A stretch of DNA of 62,612 nucleotides, counting the filler, from Squatina squatina (lineage: Eukaryota): assembly GCA_031763465.1 (NCBI GenBank). It is 3 parts of 3 records of this genome, joined end to end, with 100 filler letters (N's around TTAATTAATTAA, not from the genome) between each part and the next. Parts side by side here need not be neighbours in the genome. Positions count along the whole stretch, not along the records: positions 1 to 16,253 come from JARFOE010000016.1; positions 16,354 to 42,271 come from JARFOE010000013.1; 1 more part is not named here. The stretch is one strand, 5' to 3'. Positions 12,066 to 25,008 of this stretch are shown here, piece after piece (position 1 is the stretch's first letter; every line of letters starts with the position of its first letter). The position numbers were made by a program, and so were the translations under genes. A model generated the notes under the pieces. That model was not told the DNA's origin. It saw only the letters and a list, made by a program, of their open reading frames with translations, and made no database searches.

Positions 12066-14513
12066 TCTTTCTTTTCTTATACAATTCTCAGAGCACAAGC
12101 TCTCTATATGCACGAGCCCTACACACCTCCACTGACATTTTCAACAACCACACATTAACTGCCCTCTCTCTCGCTGCAGGACGAGACAGCACAAACTGAG
12201 AGAGGAGAGCAAGACCGGGGGCATATAACTGGCATAATAGCCTTCACCCAAATGGTGCAAGAAGCCCTGGAGAGTCGTGGCTCGGGTAAAGCAATGAGCA
12301 TCAGTGAAGGTGAAGCTGGCAACTTATTTGAGCAGCATGTCTGTATTATTTGTAACCTTTCATTCACCTCAGCGAATATTCAGCAAGCTTCACAACTTCA
12401 AACTGCATTCTGAAGATTGTCACTTGCTAATTTCCAGCCTCTCAGTGCCATCTTCACTCTTGTCCTTTTTCTCTTTCCTCTAGGTCCTTCTCATCAGTGA
12501 GCTTCCTGAAGAAGAGACCTCAGAGGTGGACAATTCTCTTATGGATGCACCGCCACGCGCTCCAGCAATCCCAATCACCAGCACAGAGAATGGCATTCCG
12601 TGTGGGTTTGGCAGTGAGCTAGAGGGGTCTGCAGGTGGTGAAACACCCAGCTGCAGGTATTGGTGGTAGGGACAGCCCAGGAGACTGTTCGCCATAGGGT
12701 GAAGTTCTCTTACAGCTCTGCTGAAGAGGACAGAGTTGCGGACTTCAGAGGCCCAGTTATGAGATGAAATTTGCTTGCTTCACACAAGCAGTTATACCAG
12801 GTATTGGAAGGCCTGCCAAGGATTTTCAGCGCCATGGCTGAAAGTATGGAGGAATCCACTTCCAGCCTGTATGGTTGCATCTCCCAGTGCATCAGTGCAG
12901 CGTGTGGCCACCTCCAGGTACACTGCAGCCGAGCCCTCAATGGGATCTGGAAAATTTGGATCTCAGATGAGGGACTTGCACGTGATACCACACAAACTGA
13001 AGTATCAACTTTGTGAGCCAATGTCCTATTCCGATCATAACAGATTATGGCTCATGATAGCTCAGTGGGTAAGAGGACTGCTGGGTTGGTACTAAGCCAT
13101 ACAGAGCTGGTCTGTACTGAGTTAGGTGCCACCAGTAAGTACAGTGCCCTTTGTGCAGGAAGGAGAGCATCAGCTGAGGTGCCCTCTCCTGGTTGCTACT
13201 GGGGCCCCTGCTAAAAAGTGCGTATGTAGGTGTGGACTGCGGCCGTGGNNNNNNNNNNNNNNNNNNNNNNNNNNNNNNNNNNNNNNNNNNNNNNNNNNNN
13301 NNNNNNNNNNNNNNNNNNNNNNNNNNNNNNNNNNNNNNNNNNNNNNNNCCCCCGGAAACAACAGACCACCCATGGCATCAGGCTGACTAACCATCAGTTA
13401 ACTACTCTATTGGAAGCACTCCAACCACTGTATGTCTTGTTTTCAATGATATTGCAGGAAAGAAGACATGTCATGGTGATCAAGAGACAGCAGTGTCTCT
13501 TGATTGGCTGAAGATACCCGGTTGGCAACAATCTTTTGGGCAGAAGCTGGAACGACTAGCTGGCAGTGACAATAGAGATAAGTGCCTTCTCAGGATCTAC
13601 GTCAATGGAGGCAGAACCATGCCACCTACTGTGAGGGACACCTAAAGCTACTGCACAGCAAAGGGCTGGTACAGCCAGTGATGGTAACGGGAATGCTGAG
13701 ATGCTGACCTTATGGGCATGCTGCCGGGGAGTTGGACAGAGGGCAACCCTCCTCGCGACCGCCTCCACTTCAGCAGCCACCAATAGGGATGGGATGCTGG
13801 GTTCCTCTTTCACTTGCACGTGGACTCAAGCCCACGCCTAGCCAACCCTTACCCTTCCTTTTCATCTGCCAATTCTTCAACCCGTTCATACCTTAACTAA
13901 AGGTCGAGGCTCTTCAAAGGCTTTCAGAATTGTTGCTCCCCTATTCTGATACTGCCCTTTAATTGGCCTCATCCCTTCAATTTTGAGCTACTGGATTGCA
14001 GGCGCTTAAATTTCTGCAACCTTGCGCAAAGCTCAAGTTGCACAATGAGTACGAGTCGTAACAATTCAGATGAGCGAGCCTCACGGCAAGTGGCACAGCC
14101 GACCATTATTGTACTCACACAATTTGGGCCTTGCACAGTGGTTCTAATGATTTTTAACCAGGAAAGCTGAATTGGCTCAATATAATCAGCTGGTGGCTAG
14201 TTTCAGATCAGAAAGATAGAAGAAAAAAATGCTTATTTTAGTAAATTGTAACACCAGAAATCTGTTCCATTCTTGGATTTTCTCCAATGTTGTGACAGTG
14301 ACATAATGCCACTGGTGTCATTATCCTTTCAATTTAATATTCATTCAGTACCTACAAGCAGCATTTTGTAACATCAGTACAGAAAAGAACATGTATTTGA
14401 CTTTTACAAAACAGAAGAATTTATTTAGCATACAGTATTATGTCATAGTTTATGAAGCTCTGGGACTAATTCAGGAATTTATTTGTTAATCTTTTTCTAT
14501 ATTTTCTTTACAG

Positions 14514-14540
14514 TATCCGAATTTCTAAGTCAAAGTTCAG
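14514..14540 (+). CDS. CACNA1D: CACNA1D 27-nt microexon (I-II loop)
   Basis: Long T-rich tract + CAG, GTCAGT donor; encodes IRISKSKFS, like xxISKSK(F/L)S of CaV1.2/1.3; phase fits next exon. Confidence 0.85.
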
Positions 14541-14934
14541 GTCAGTCCCATTTTTCTCTGACTTTTCAGCTTCAATTTCTATCCATGAAAAGTGGCAAAC
14601 TGCAATTTAAATTGGTGTATGTTATGTATATGTACTTTATTTCACTGCATCATTCCTGAAAGATTACAGACATTATTTGCTCTAATAAAAGCTCCATTAA
14701 GGAATGAATGTATGAGGAAAGAAAATAACAGCTGTTTTCAATTAACATTGACATAAGTGTCAACATTTTTATTTGAAGTTTGTTATTTGTGACACAATTT
14801 AAGCAATGTGGGGTTTTGAGCCACCGTGCACATTATGTAAAACTTAGGGCTGCCCCCATTGCTGCACCCGGTTGTTTCTTAAGTGACTCCAGGGTTTTTG
14901 CCACACTATTCTTCTCAGAAGTCAATTTCAAGCG

Positions 14935-15137
14935 TTGATAACACTCTGTGCTATCAGTCCTAAAGTTATCTTTTACTAGTTTGAACCTGTGTCCCAGTGT
15001 CCTGCCCCACTGTTTAATTTGAATTATTCCAGATTATCCTTTTCCATACTATTTGCTATCTTCTTTACTTCTGTAAGATCACGTCTCAGATGCGTCCCTT
15101 CCAGGCTGAATAGCTCAAATTCCTCCCGTCTTTCCTC
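14935..15137 (-). mobile_element. CR1 LINE 3' ORF2 fragment
   Basis: Minus ORF contains ELFSLEGTHLRRDLTEVKKI (CR1 LFSLE.RRLRGDL.EV.KI motif). Confidence 0.7.
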
Positions 15138-15483
15138 NNNNNNNNNNNNNNNNNNNNNNNNNNNNNNNNNNNNNNNNNNNNNNNNNNNNNNNNNNNNNNN
15201 NNNNNNNNNNNNNNNNNNNNNNNNNNNNNNNNNNNNNAATTGAATTGAAGAGATATAAAGTGAACTCCATACCGTGTGCAATTTAAGAATAATGCTTCAA
15301 TCCTTGGATTAGGCAGAAATGCAAAATTAACTAATCAATATAAATTGGTCAAGTAACAGAGATATTCGTCAACATTTTTCACTGAGTTGCTTTCAAAACT
15401 CTGTGCAGCATTTTGCCTTATTATGCTTGGATACAAAACTTGAAATTTCTGTGTGGTGCAATCAGCTTTTTTTCATTTTTCAG

Positions 15484-15644
15484 CCGACGCTGGCGTCGTT
15501 GGAATCGTTGCTGGAGAAGAAAATGTCGAGCTGGTGTAAAGTCTGTTGCTTTCTACTGGCTAGTTATTATCCTTGTTTTTCTCAATACATTAACCATTTC
15601 ATCAGAGCACTACAACCAGCCTCTTTGGCTAACATTGATTCAAG
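15484..15644 (+). CDS. CACNA1D: CACNA1D exon (end of I-II loop, IIS1)
   Basis: 161 nt; [53 protein letters not shown]; AG/GTAAG. Confidence 0.93.
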
Positions 15645-16253
15645 GTAAGAGTATAACTTTGTTTTCACATAAATAATAGTGAGCAATAAATATTCCAGTA
15701 AATTGTTTTAATACTACATTATTATCTATTGGTTGGATAATGTCCTTGGACTAATCCCAATCAGTAATCAGCTGCAAAGTACAACTACTCTATTCATAGT
15801 TGTGAATCCAAGCATTATTTATATACAGTTCATTTCATTGGCATGTTAGAATTACACTTTTTAATCCTAAGTGTGCTGCTCTATTGTGTAAGCAGTATAT
15901 TTGAGTAATGGTTGCTGTCTGAAATTCATTTTTTGTGATTGCAAAATTTGTTTTTAATTTATTATTTTACAGAAACAGATACACACTGAAAAGCTATAGC
16001 ATCTGCTGAAAACAATGCTGCATATTCGATTATTTCAAACATTAACATAACCAAAACAATAATTTTAAGTATATACATTAAAGGTGCAATATAAATGCAA
16101 ATTATTGGCAGATTTGTGCCATCTGTAAAAGTTAAATCTATCTTTGAAAGTGTTGAATAAAAGATGTTTCTGATGATTTCCAGAATGGTTGTTAACAGAA
16201 TAGATGCTGTTCTGGACAAAGGGGAGAGAGCTAAACCTGGTAACTACAGGCTA

Positions 16254-16353
16254 NNNNNNNNNNNNNNNNNNNNNNNNNNNNNNNNNNNNNNNNNNNNTTA
16301 ATTAATTAANNNNNNNNNNNNNNNNNNNNNNNNNNNNNNNNNNNNNNNNNNNN
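16254..16353. other. Synthetic scaffold spacer (44N + TTAATTAATTAA + 44N)
   Basis: Six-frame-stop 12-mer at 16298-16309 centred in exactly 100 bp; gene content changes across it. Confidence 0.95.
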
Positions 16354-16870
16354 CTGCATTCAGTTTTGGTCACCAAACCTCAGGAAAGATATACTAGCTG
16401 TTGAGAGGATAGAAAGCAGATTCATCAGAATTATATCAGGGCTTAGAGTTAAATTCTGAAGGCAAGTTGCATAAACTTGACTTGTATCCCCTCGAGTTTA
16501 GAAGGTTGAGGGCTGATCTAATCCAGGTGATTAAATGATAAAGGGATTCGATAGGGTCGATACAGAGAAACTATTTCCTCTGGTTGTGGATTGCAGAACA
16601 AGAAAGCATAATCTTAAAATTAGAGCTAGGCCATTTAGCAGCCAAATCACAAAAAGGCTATTCGAAATCTGGACTCTCTCCCACAAAAGATTGTGCATGC
16701 TGTGAACAATTGAAATATTCAAAACTAAGATTGATAGACTTGAGATAGGTAAGGATATCAAGGGATATGGATTAAAGGCAGGTAAATGGAGTTAAGGTAC
16801 AGATCAGCCATGATCTAATTGAGTGATGGAACAGACTTGAGGGGCTGAATGGCCTACTCCTGTTCCTGTG
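16354..16870 (+). mobile_element. CR1 LINE 3' end
   Basis: cagttttggtcacca...ggttgagggctgatcta...gatcagccatgatctaattga...ggggctgaatggcctactcctgttcct tail. Confidence 0.8.
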
Positions 16871-18893
16871 TGTGCATCTGAGGTCCACCTTCTGCTGCTC
16901 CTGTCGATCCTCCTCCTCCCAGCTGTTCATCAAAATGGCACTGCAATCCTTGCTATCAATCCAACAAAAATAAGTTCTCCGTTCCACACAGTACCAGCAC
17001 TCTCTGACTCCGACTGCAGCCTTTATCTGGCAATGATGTGCGCCTAATGCAGGGGGACGGGAACAGTTGCACAGTTTTGTTTTTTAACATTTAGCAAGAC
17101 TCAACTCGTGCATGGAAAATGCATTAATTTGTGTTGCAGCTAAGAATGGCACACAGCAAGTTCTGGGGAAGTGCAGCGGGAACACCAAGGCTGCATTAAC
17201 TCACACATGAGAAAAAGCTCAGCAAGTACTAACTCTAGTGCACTTAAGAATTTTGACGTTGTGCCAAACTGATGTAGGACATACATTACCATCAAGCTGG
17301 TTTTTTTCACATTCAGAGGAAAATTCAGTACTTTGTACACACTATATAAACATAAGAGGTCCAGATCCTACTTGGTATCAGTGAAACAAATTACTTAACT
17401 TTATGTGTTTTCCCTGACACATCCAAAAAATGATCTCATTTGTGTATGTGCTAATGCCACTCTTTGGATGGAAAATATTCTCATCTCATTCTTCATATAA
17501 ATTAATCTTCTGTATCTTTGACAGATGTTTAACCAAGTCAAAATAAATGGATTTAACGTACAAAGGAACAACCCAGGAGTTATTCCTTAGAATGTCTTTG
17601 CTCTGTTACTTATTATAGCAAAAAAAGTTGGCTTCAAACATATGGTTAAGATTGGCATAATATCCATCTTATGCTATGAATTCTTGTTCACCCACATTCT
17701 AAACACACTTCCTGACCAGAAAATATAAAATAAATAATCAAAATATTTTTTGCTTGTTTACAAAGGAAATCTACTCCTGTCAACAAAAGGACAAAGCTAT
17801 TGTCCAGCATTGTTAATGCTACTGCTGCCCAAGTGTCTGCAATTTACAGTGAGCTCATCGATTAGACAAGTCTCTGAGATCTTGCACATTTGTCCCAAGG
17901 ATGCGACAGCTTTTAGCAGATACTGGAGGTGACTGCCCTGGATCGGGTGCAATGAACCGTTTAAAAAGCCCTTCTGCATTAGGGGAGCATATTGGTTTTC
18001 AGTCTGCAAAAATATTGTTAGTACTGGTGGTGTAAAATTAGCGACAGNNNNNNNNNNNNNNNNNNNNNNNNNNNNNNNNNNNNNNNNNNNNNNNNNNNNN
18101 NNNNNNNNNNNNNNNNNNNNNNNNNNNNNNNNNNNNNNNNNNNNNNNGCCAATAGTTTTTCCAGCAAATTCATTGGGGTCAGATATGTTCTTTGGAATAG
18201 CTTAATCTGAATTATTTCTGATATGAGGCGCTGTTACTTTCTTGTTCGGTAGGCGGAAAAAAAAAGAATTAAAAAAGACAAAATGCCTAAATATCCTCCG
18301 AGCATCAAGACACGGCAATCTTGTCAAGGGCATATGGAAAGAAAATATTGTACTAATGACACACAATCTGCATAGAGTTTCAAAAACACAGATAACAATA
18401 TCATAGAAAATTCAGGCACAGCCAAGACCTCTTGACTGCAGTGATAAGGACCACGCCAGGGAAAGATCACAATTGCAGTCCCCTCAAACAAATAGCTGGG
18501 AATGGGGAAAGTCTGAGGGCTTTGTGATACGGCATGTTTTTAATGTGGAAAAAGAACGCTGCAACCTCATTTTCTTTGATCTCTTATTATAAACCATTAC
18601 AGTTGTCAAACTTTTCTCGTCTTTCAGCACAGCTTTTGTGGCGTTATTTACTGAACCAAATTCAACAGTCATTTTCAGTTTGTAAAGAGAACATGGAGAT
18701 ATTTACAAAATGATTGTGGTGCTGATGGATTTTTTTACCTACAAGATATTTAATTGCCATCGTGGTTATTGCTACAACAATATACAATATATANNNNNNN
18801 NNNNNNNNNNNNNNNNNNNNNNNNNNNNNNNNNNNNNNNNNNNNNNNNNNNNNNNNNNNNNNNNNNNNNNNNNNNNNNNNNNNNNNNNNNNNN

Positions 18894-19133
18894 CAAAAGA
18901 ACCAAAGGCGATGCAAGGAAAAACTTTTTTACGCAGCGAGTGGTTGGAATCTGAAAGGGTGGTGGAGGCAGACTCAATTTTATCTTTCAAAAGGGAGTTG
19001 GATAAGTATCTGATGGGAAAAAATTTGCAGGGTTACGGGGAAAGGGCGGGGGAGTGGGACTAGCTGAGAGTCAGCACGGGCTCGACTGGCCGAATGGTCT
19101 TCTTCCGTGCTGTAACCATTCAATGATTCTATG
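18894..19133 (+). mobile_element. CR1 LINE 3' end
   Basis: FFTQRVV / SFKRELDKYL..KNLQGYGERAGEWD motifs; ggccgaatgg..tccgtgctgtaaccatt tail. Confidence 0.8.
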
Positions 19134-21682
19134 TCACTTGACAACAGCATAAATCATTTAAAAACAATTTGACATTTAGATCTAGCAACAGAGTACATAT
19201 TCACAATAGCCCATAGTTTCTCCACCGAAATGCCTGTAATTTTTGCGGCGATCGTTTGCTGGACAAATGACGCACTGTTGGATTCACCTACATCTTTAAG
19301 CAGTGGCAAACCCATGCTCCACTGCACTTTTAATTTAGTTACATACTTTATGCTGTTTTTGAGGTGTCTACTTTTATAAGGCTTTGTCAGCTTTTTGGAA
19401 GCTGTTGTCAGACTGTGTTATTTTCTAGGTTGGCATGCGTGTAGCTCCGACAAACTAACTGCACAGCAAAATCTGCCACTCTCCACAGTAAGTGCAAAAC
19501 TGAAATGTTTTTCAATTTCATAGGAGAATATAAAGCGGACGGATAGAGAAATATTTATTATGCCTTCTGTTGCACCAATAAAATTGAATTCCCGAATAGG
19601 TCGAGCATTGTTAACGGCTAATGGTCTGTCAAATAATTCTAAAGCCTAACATATCACTAACATTATTTACTTGTCGGTATTCATGGAACTGCATTCCATT
19701 GAGCAAATATGCATTAGTTCATGAACAGCGATGACCCCCCACATTCCTGTCTAGTAAATGAAAGGTCATGTGCTGATGTTTGACCTCAGGCGACCAGAAA
19801 CGATTAGTTCAAAGTGTGTTCTTAACAATAAAACANNNNNNNNNNNNNNNNNNNNNNNNNNNNNNNNNNNNNNNNNNNNNNNNNNNNNNNNNNNNNNNNN
19901 NNNNNNNNNNNNNNNNNNNNNNNNNNNNNNNNNNNAAAACCCCAGTTTACACCTAATCCCTTTGGGTCTAACTTTTAGTGGGGAATTTAACACCATAATT
20001 ATTATGGAAGAGCCAAAGTTTTCAGCCGTTTCCTTGATTTATGAGATTTCGCTGATTGCCGGCTCTTTCAGGGGTGGGACGGAGGGGTGGGCAGGGGTCT
20101 ATAATGCAGCCAATTTTGGCAGCCCGCAACTTCAGGGATTTCCGTATGCGCCTGTGCCAAATCCTGAAGTTACGGTCAGTTTCAAAGGTGGATTGATGGC
20201 GAACGCTGCCAGTTCACCATCATCCCGACCGCAAATTCCAGGCCATTAAATTTGTATTTTTAAGCTGAGATGGTCTATAATAATGAAAAACAACTTGAAA
20301 CGACACAGTGCGATTCCTGTTTTGAATTTCATGCTTTCACAGGAGTGAGTGGAAGTTTGAAATTTCCCAGGTCTAGGAGAGCACGTAACATTGTACCACA
20401 AAGTATGACTATAAGGACAACAGTAGAGATACTCTTGATGAGTGAAGTAAAAAAAAACCCCGAATTGCTCCCAATATCAGAGCAAGATGGAAAAGAAGGC
20501 CCCTTAGGTATTTCAAAATATCATGCTGAATATCACTAAACAATTGCTGTGCATCTAGCCAAATTGTATTGTGCCCTGGCCTGTTTATAAAAGTTCACAT
20601 TCGATGTTTCTTTTTTTTTTATTATTGATGTTGGCACAGGTCTCAAGTCCTGTGACTGTAATAGATATTCATAGCACACATAGCTGAACTACCTGCAAGC
20701 CATCAATCACCAGCCATCATCACAGTCTCTGTGAAGGCAAACACCATCACATACACCATTAGTAACTTCATACACTCAACCCCTGAAGGGACGGTGTTGT
20801 ACTGAAACTTGAGTCTCCTTCTGTGATAGACTGAGCGTCCCATTTTCATGAATACCCTAAATATTCTCAATTCCCTTGCAGGATAAAAGCTAAGGTTTCA
20901 CTTACACAACAAAAGCCACTGATAGCTTGATGTAGGAAATAAAGTATCTTTTCTGTTTTTGGTATAGGTCGCACACAGTAAGTTTCGATGGAAGGAATCA
21001 ATCGCCAAAGAATATGCTTGCTGTTGATTGTCCTGGTCAAGTTACACTGACTCAGTTGTCCTTGAAGCCTATTGGAGCAAGAATGAATTCTTTAGGGAAT
21101 TACAGAAAGCCAACTGAACCTGACAAATTGTGAAGTGAATGGAAAGTTAAGTAGGCTGTGGAAAAGTGGAGCAAGGTGTAGAAAAGAGGAGGAAATTGCA
21201 TAAAAGATGGGAATNNNNNNNNNNNNNNNNNNNNNNNNNNNNNNNNNNNNNNNNNNNNNNNNNNNNNNNNNNNNNNNNNNNNNNNNNNNNNNNNNNNNNN
21301 NNNNNNNNNNNNNNAAGCTGCCAACCACCCCTCCTGCAGATTTTTCAGCAGAGTCTGGAAGCTTGCTTCAAATCGGCAAAGTGTCCTGACCCCGGAAAAT
21401 TGGCTGGCGTCAAGGTTGCGTCCTCATGCCTGTTCTGCAAATTCTTTCTTTCTTTTCAGTTAAAATTCTTGCCCCACCGAATATATATCAGGATTCCGCA
21501 ATAGCGGGCCATCCAGGCTTCTGTATTACTGTGATATTGTAGGGAGAGGGAACTGATTAAATGAAAATTGCTACTCATGCCCCTTCTCCATTGGGAGCTG
21601 GAATAAAGCTGGTTCCATTTCGTTATAATGGGCTATAAAAACATTTTAAATCTATAACTACTCTTGTATTCTTTCTGTACAG

Positions 21683-21767
21683 CTGTTGCATTCAAAAATG
21701 CGAAACAGTATGAGCAAGCAAAGGATGCCTACCTACGAGAAGCCGAGTCACATCAGAACAATAGAGC
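21683..21767 (+). CDS. NAPG: NAPG (gamma-SNAP) exon
   Basis: AVAFKNAKQYEQAKDAYLREAESHQNNRA; followed by U12 donor GTATCCTTT. Confidence 0.92.
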
Positions 21768-21776
21768 GTATCCTTT
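21768..21776 (+). promoter_or_regulatory. U12-type 5' splice site
   Basis: GTATCCTTT directly after the NAPG exon, exact minor-intron donor consensus. Confidence 0.9.
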
Positions 21777-22216
21777 TATTAGGTTATTGAAGAATGACCG
21801 ACCAGCTGCTTGAAGCAAACACTTTTCTTCGTTTTAAAAGTAATATTTAAAAATATTTCTTGCAATAATAATGCTTCCCTAGACAATTAAAGAATGATTC
21901 TAAGTAGGATGCCTGTGAACATACTGTAGTAAATCTTTCTGCCAATGAACTTGGAACTGTATACCAGTATAAAAGAAAAACAATTTCTATTTTCAGTATA
22001 TCACCGTATGGTCGCACCTTTCTCTCTATCACAATAAGAACATAAGAAATAGGAGCAGGAGTAAGCCATTCAGCCCCTCGAGCTTACTCCGCCATTCAAC
22101 AAGACCATGGCTNNNNNNNNNNNNNNNNNNNNNNNNNNNNNNNNNNNNNNNNNNNNNNNNNNNNNNNNNNNNNNNNNNNNNNNNNNNNNNNNNNNNNNNN
22201 NNNNNNNNNNNNATAG

Positions 22217-22326
22217 GAAATGCAAAGGTTGCCAGAAGCAGTTCATCTCATTGAGAAAGCCAGCATGATGTTCGTAGAGAATGGAACGCCCGACACAGCT
22301 GCCATGGCACTAGATCGTGCTGGAAA
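22217..22326 (+). CDS. NAPG: NAPG exon
   Basis: 110 nt; EMQRLPEAVHLIEKASMMFVENGTPDTAAMALDRAGK; AG/GTAAG. Confidence 0.93.
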
Positions 22327-23563
22327 GTAAGAATTTTAAAATAATAATTGAGCTATTCACAATTTTATATATAGTACAGAAATGTGATGCTGGCATTTAG
22401 GTGAAAGATTACAAATTTCTGATACTTGCTCTAACTACCATTTTGGAGTATAATGGGAGAAACAGTTTACACCACTGCATACTGTACATTTTACTTCTAC
22501 ATAATCCTCTTATGTACATAATGAGGATTATTTTTACTGTGCAATCCAATTACTACTTAAATTGTTCCCCTATCTGCAAGTGTAACAGTGCAAATATCTT
22601 AATCTAAGCTTTAAGCAGTCTCTGCTATATTGAATATAAAATGGCATCCTCCTGTTGAACGTTCTCACTTGCAGCATCATTCAAAACTGATTTAAATATT
22701 TATTTAATACCTCTGCCATACCTTTATCCTCCAGAACTGGACTCTTTCTGCCGCTCCCCTTCAATCAGTGCTAACATTCCCACCTTTGAGTCAGAACGTC
22801 ATGGGTTCATGGCCCACTCCACAAAATTGNNNNNNNNNNNNNNNNNNNNNNNNNNNNNNNNNNNNNNNNNNNNNNNNNNNNNNNNNNNNNNNNNNNNNNN
22901 NNNNNNNNNNNNNNNNNNNNNNNNNNNNNATTTGTTCTCTAAGATTAAAAATTATGGTACATTAACAGAGTAAAAAAACCAGTAGCACCTTTATTTCCAT
23001 CCTTTGGGTGAGAGGTAAAATTAGGTGAAAAGCAAAATTATTGAATTTTTTAAATATGTTTGCTAAACCATTAGCTTGCTGTTAAGATTGTCATACTTTT
23101 ATATATCTAGTTAGGAATTATACATTCCAGAGGTCAATAAGAATTTGTAGCAATTGTGTGGGAGTATTTTCAGTCTTTATAATGTGACCAAGTTGTCATT
23201 ATTTAGGAAAATGGTGTTTGCATTAAATATCTTTCAACAGATTAATAATAGTGGTAATTATATCTTCTAAAATTTATATTAAATACAGATACCCTTTAGT
23301 TTTGGTATAGAGGGCTGTCATGTCTTTAAAGACTTGAGGGTAGAGCTAATGGAGATTGTGGTGCAAGCTCAAATATACACAATGCTGACCTGTGTGTTTG
23401 GCATCTGTAAAATGTGGGTCAGCCTATTTCCTCATTCCAAGTTTGAACCCAGCAAACTAGCCAAAAAGCTGATAAAACTTGCTTTATAATTTTCCCTCCA
23501 AAATTTGGCTCATAAGGTGTAAATTACAGATGCGGTTTTTGACTGAGTCCTCCTTGTACACAG

Positions 23564-23693
23564 TATACCAGGATTTAACGGCAGTGAAGACTGCACTGCC
23601 TTGGAGCAGCTACTGGAAGGATTTGATCAACAAGACCAGGACCAGGTTTCCGCTGTCTGTAATTCACCTCTCTTCAAATACATGGATAATGAT
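23564..23693 (+). CDS. NAPG: NAPG penultimate coding exon
   Basis: 130 nt; IPGFNGSEDCTALEQLLEGFDQQDQDQVSAVCNSPLFKYMDND; CAG/GTAAGT. Confidence 0.93.
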
Positions 23694-23936
23694 GTAAGTT
23701 TGGTTAACACTGATGTTCTTGAGTGCCACTGTTTNNNNNNNNNNNNNNNNNNNNNNNNNNNNNNNNNNNNNNNNNNNNNNNNNNNNNNNNNNNNNNNNNN
23801 NNNNNNNNNNNNNNNNNNNNNNNNNNNNNNNNNNGGTAAATTTGTGAAATAGACTGCCACAGGAGACAGTGGAGATGGCTAGTATTTCCAAATTCAAGAG
23901 CAGATGAATTTCGTTTTGGCAAACAGGAAATAAGAC

Positions 23937-24545
23937 GGGGAGAAACTCAGCTGTTGTTTCGCCCGTGAAAAAGCACAAAATGGTGCTGGCGACACTCTTT
24001 GCAGCCCATTTGTGTCCCGTGGGCAGAATTCACCAGTGGGATGCGGCTGCCACGCCGGTCAGTTGCAACAACAGTGAAACCTCTTAAAGGGGAGGGCCTG
24101 TGCGCCAGCGGCCGCCATTTTTATTTGTCAGCCGACTGATGGTGGCCCACGGCCGGATCGGGCCACCATCCCCTTGCCTGACACGCCGACTGCCATGCCA
24201 GATTGGTGGCCCAGTTCCTGGCGCCCCTGGTGGCCCAGTGGTGGGCTGCGGGGGCACCATCTGGATGGGGGTAGCCCTCCCTTTTTAAGGGTAGCCGGCC
24301 ACGCGCATGACATCACATTGCGTCTGATACCAGCTCGCAGCGCCGCAGACGCGGTGCACTGACATCGCTAATGTGGCGCTGACATCCCTGGCCGTCCACC
24401 CCAGCTATGTCCGGGAGCGAGGCCGACATCGCTGTGCCTCGCTCCCGCTGCGGAACAGTGAATTCCGCGGCTGGCGACTGGTTTCAGGAGCCAGCCTGAA
24501 AAATGCCCGCTACCGCCCCGGAAGCACCCGAGCCAAATTGCCCAA
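23937..24545. mobile_element. GC-rich non-autonomous DNA transposon-like repeat
   Basis: Abrupt CpG-rich block in AT-rich DNA, ends GGGGAGAAACT / AAATTGCCCAA, no recognisable coding product. Confidence 0.45.
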
Positions 24546-25008
24546 TAGAGTATATAAACATAGAACCTGTATATTTTTTAAAAATTTTGGGACCAGTCAA
24601 ATGAACCACCACAGCCGATTCCAGTCCTGCACATTTTCTATGTTCAGTTTACCACATAAAATAAACTTTTATAATGTTCTGTATGTTGTCCCAGTGCATT
24701 CTTTCCATGCCAGTATACCTGTTGCCAGGATGAAGTATTCTTTGCAGAAATTTTTCATAACCTTATACAACTTTGGGATTAGATCATTTTGTTGAGGTAC
24801 AGAATTAGCCCCAGTGTGTTTAGATTTCAGTCTTATTTCTGGTTCACTTGAATATGTAGCCAAATTGTGCAGTATTCAAGCGTGAACTGAGAACTTGAGA
24901 AGTTTCTTGGACTTGAACTCATTGTAATTGGATACTTTTTAGTATCTGTTAGAGATCCTTTCACTTCCCTTGAGAATGCATTTGATTTGTATTTATTTGG
25001 CTGTTCAG

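Larger units (their letters stand above)
10824..14131 (+). mobile_element. Probable degenerate PIF/Harbinger element in CACNA1D intron
   Basis: Myb/SANT exon, further acceptor-flanked remnants at ~12180 and ~12484, nested SINEs; ends only weakly resemble TIRs, so limits are approximate. Confidence 0.45.

Noticed and set aside
13400-13900. HARBI1-like transposase on the minus strand
   Set aside because: Only a faint VTAS*SFQ resemblance; not enough to call
23937-24545. CpG-island promoter of the NPEPL1-like gene
   Set aside because: Next exon is internal, no first exon is visible, and the block has repeat-like ends
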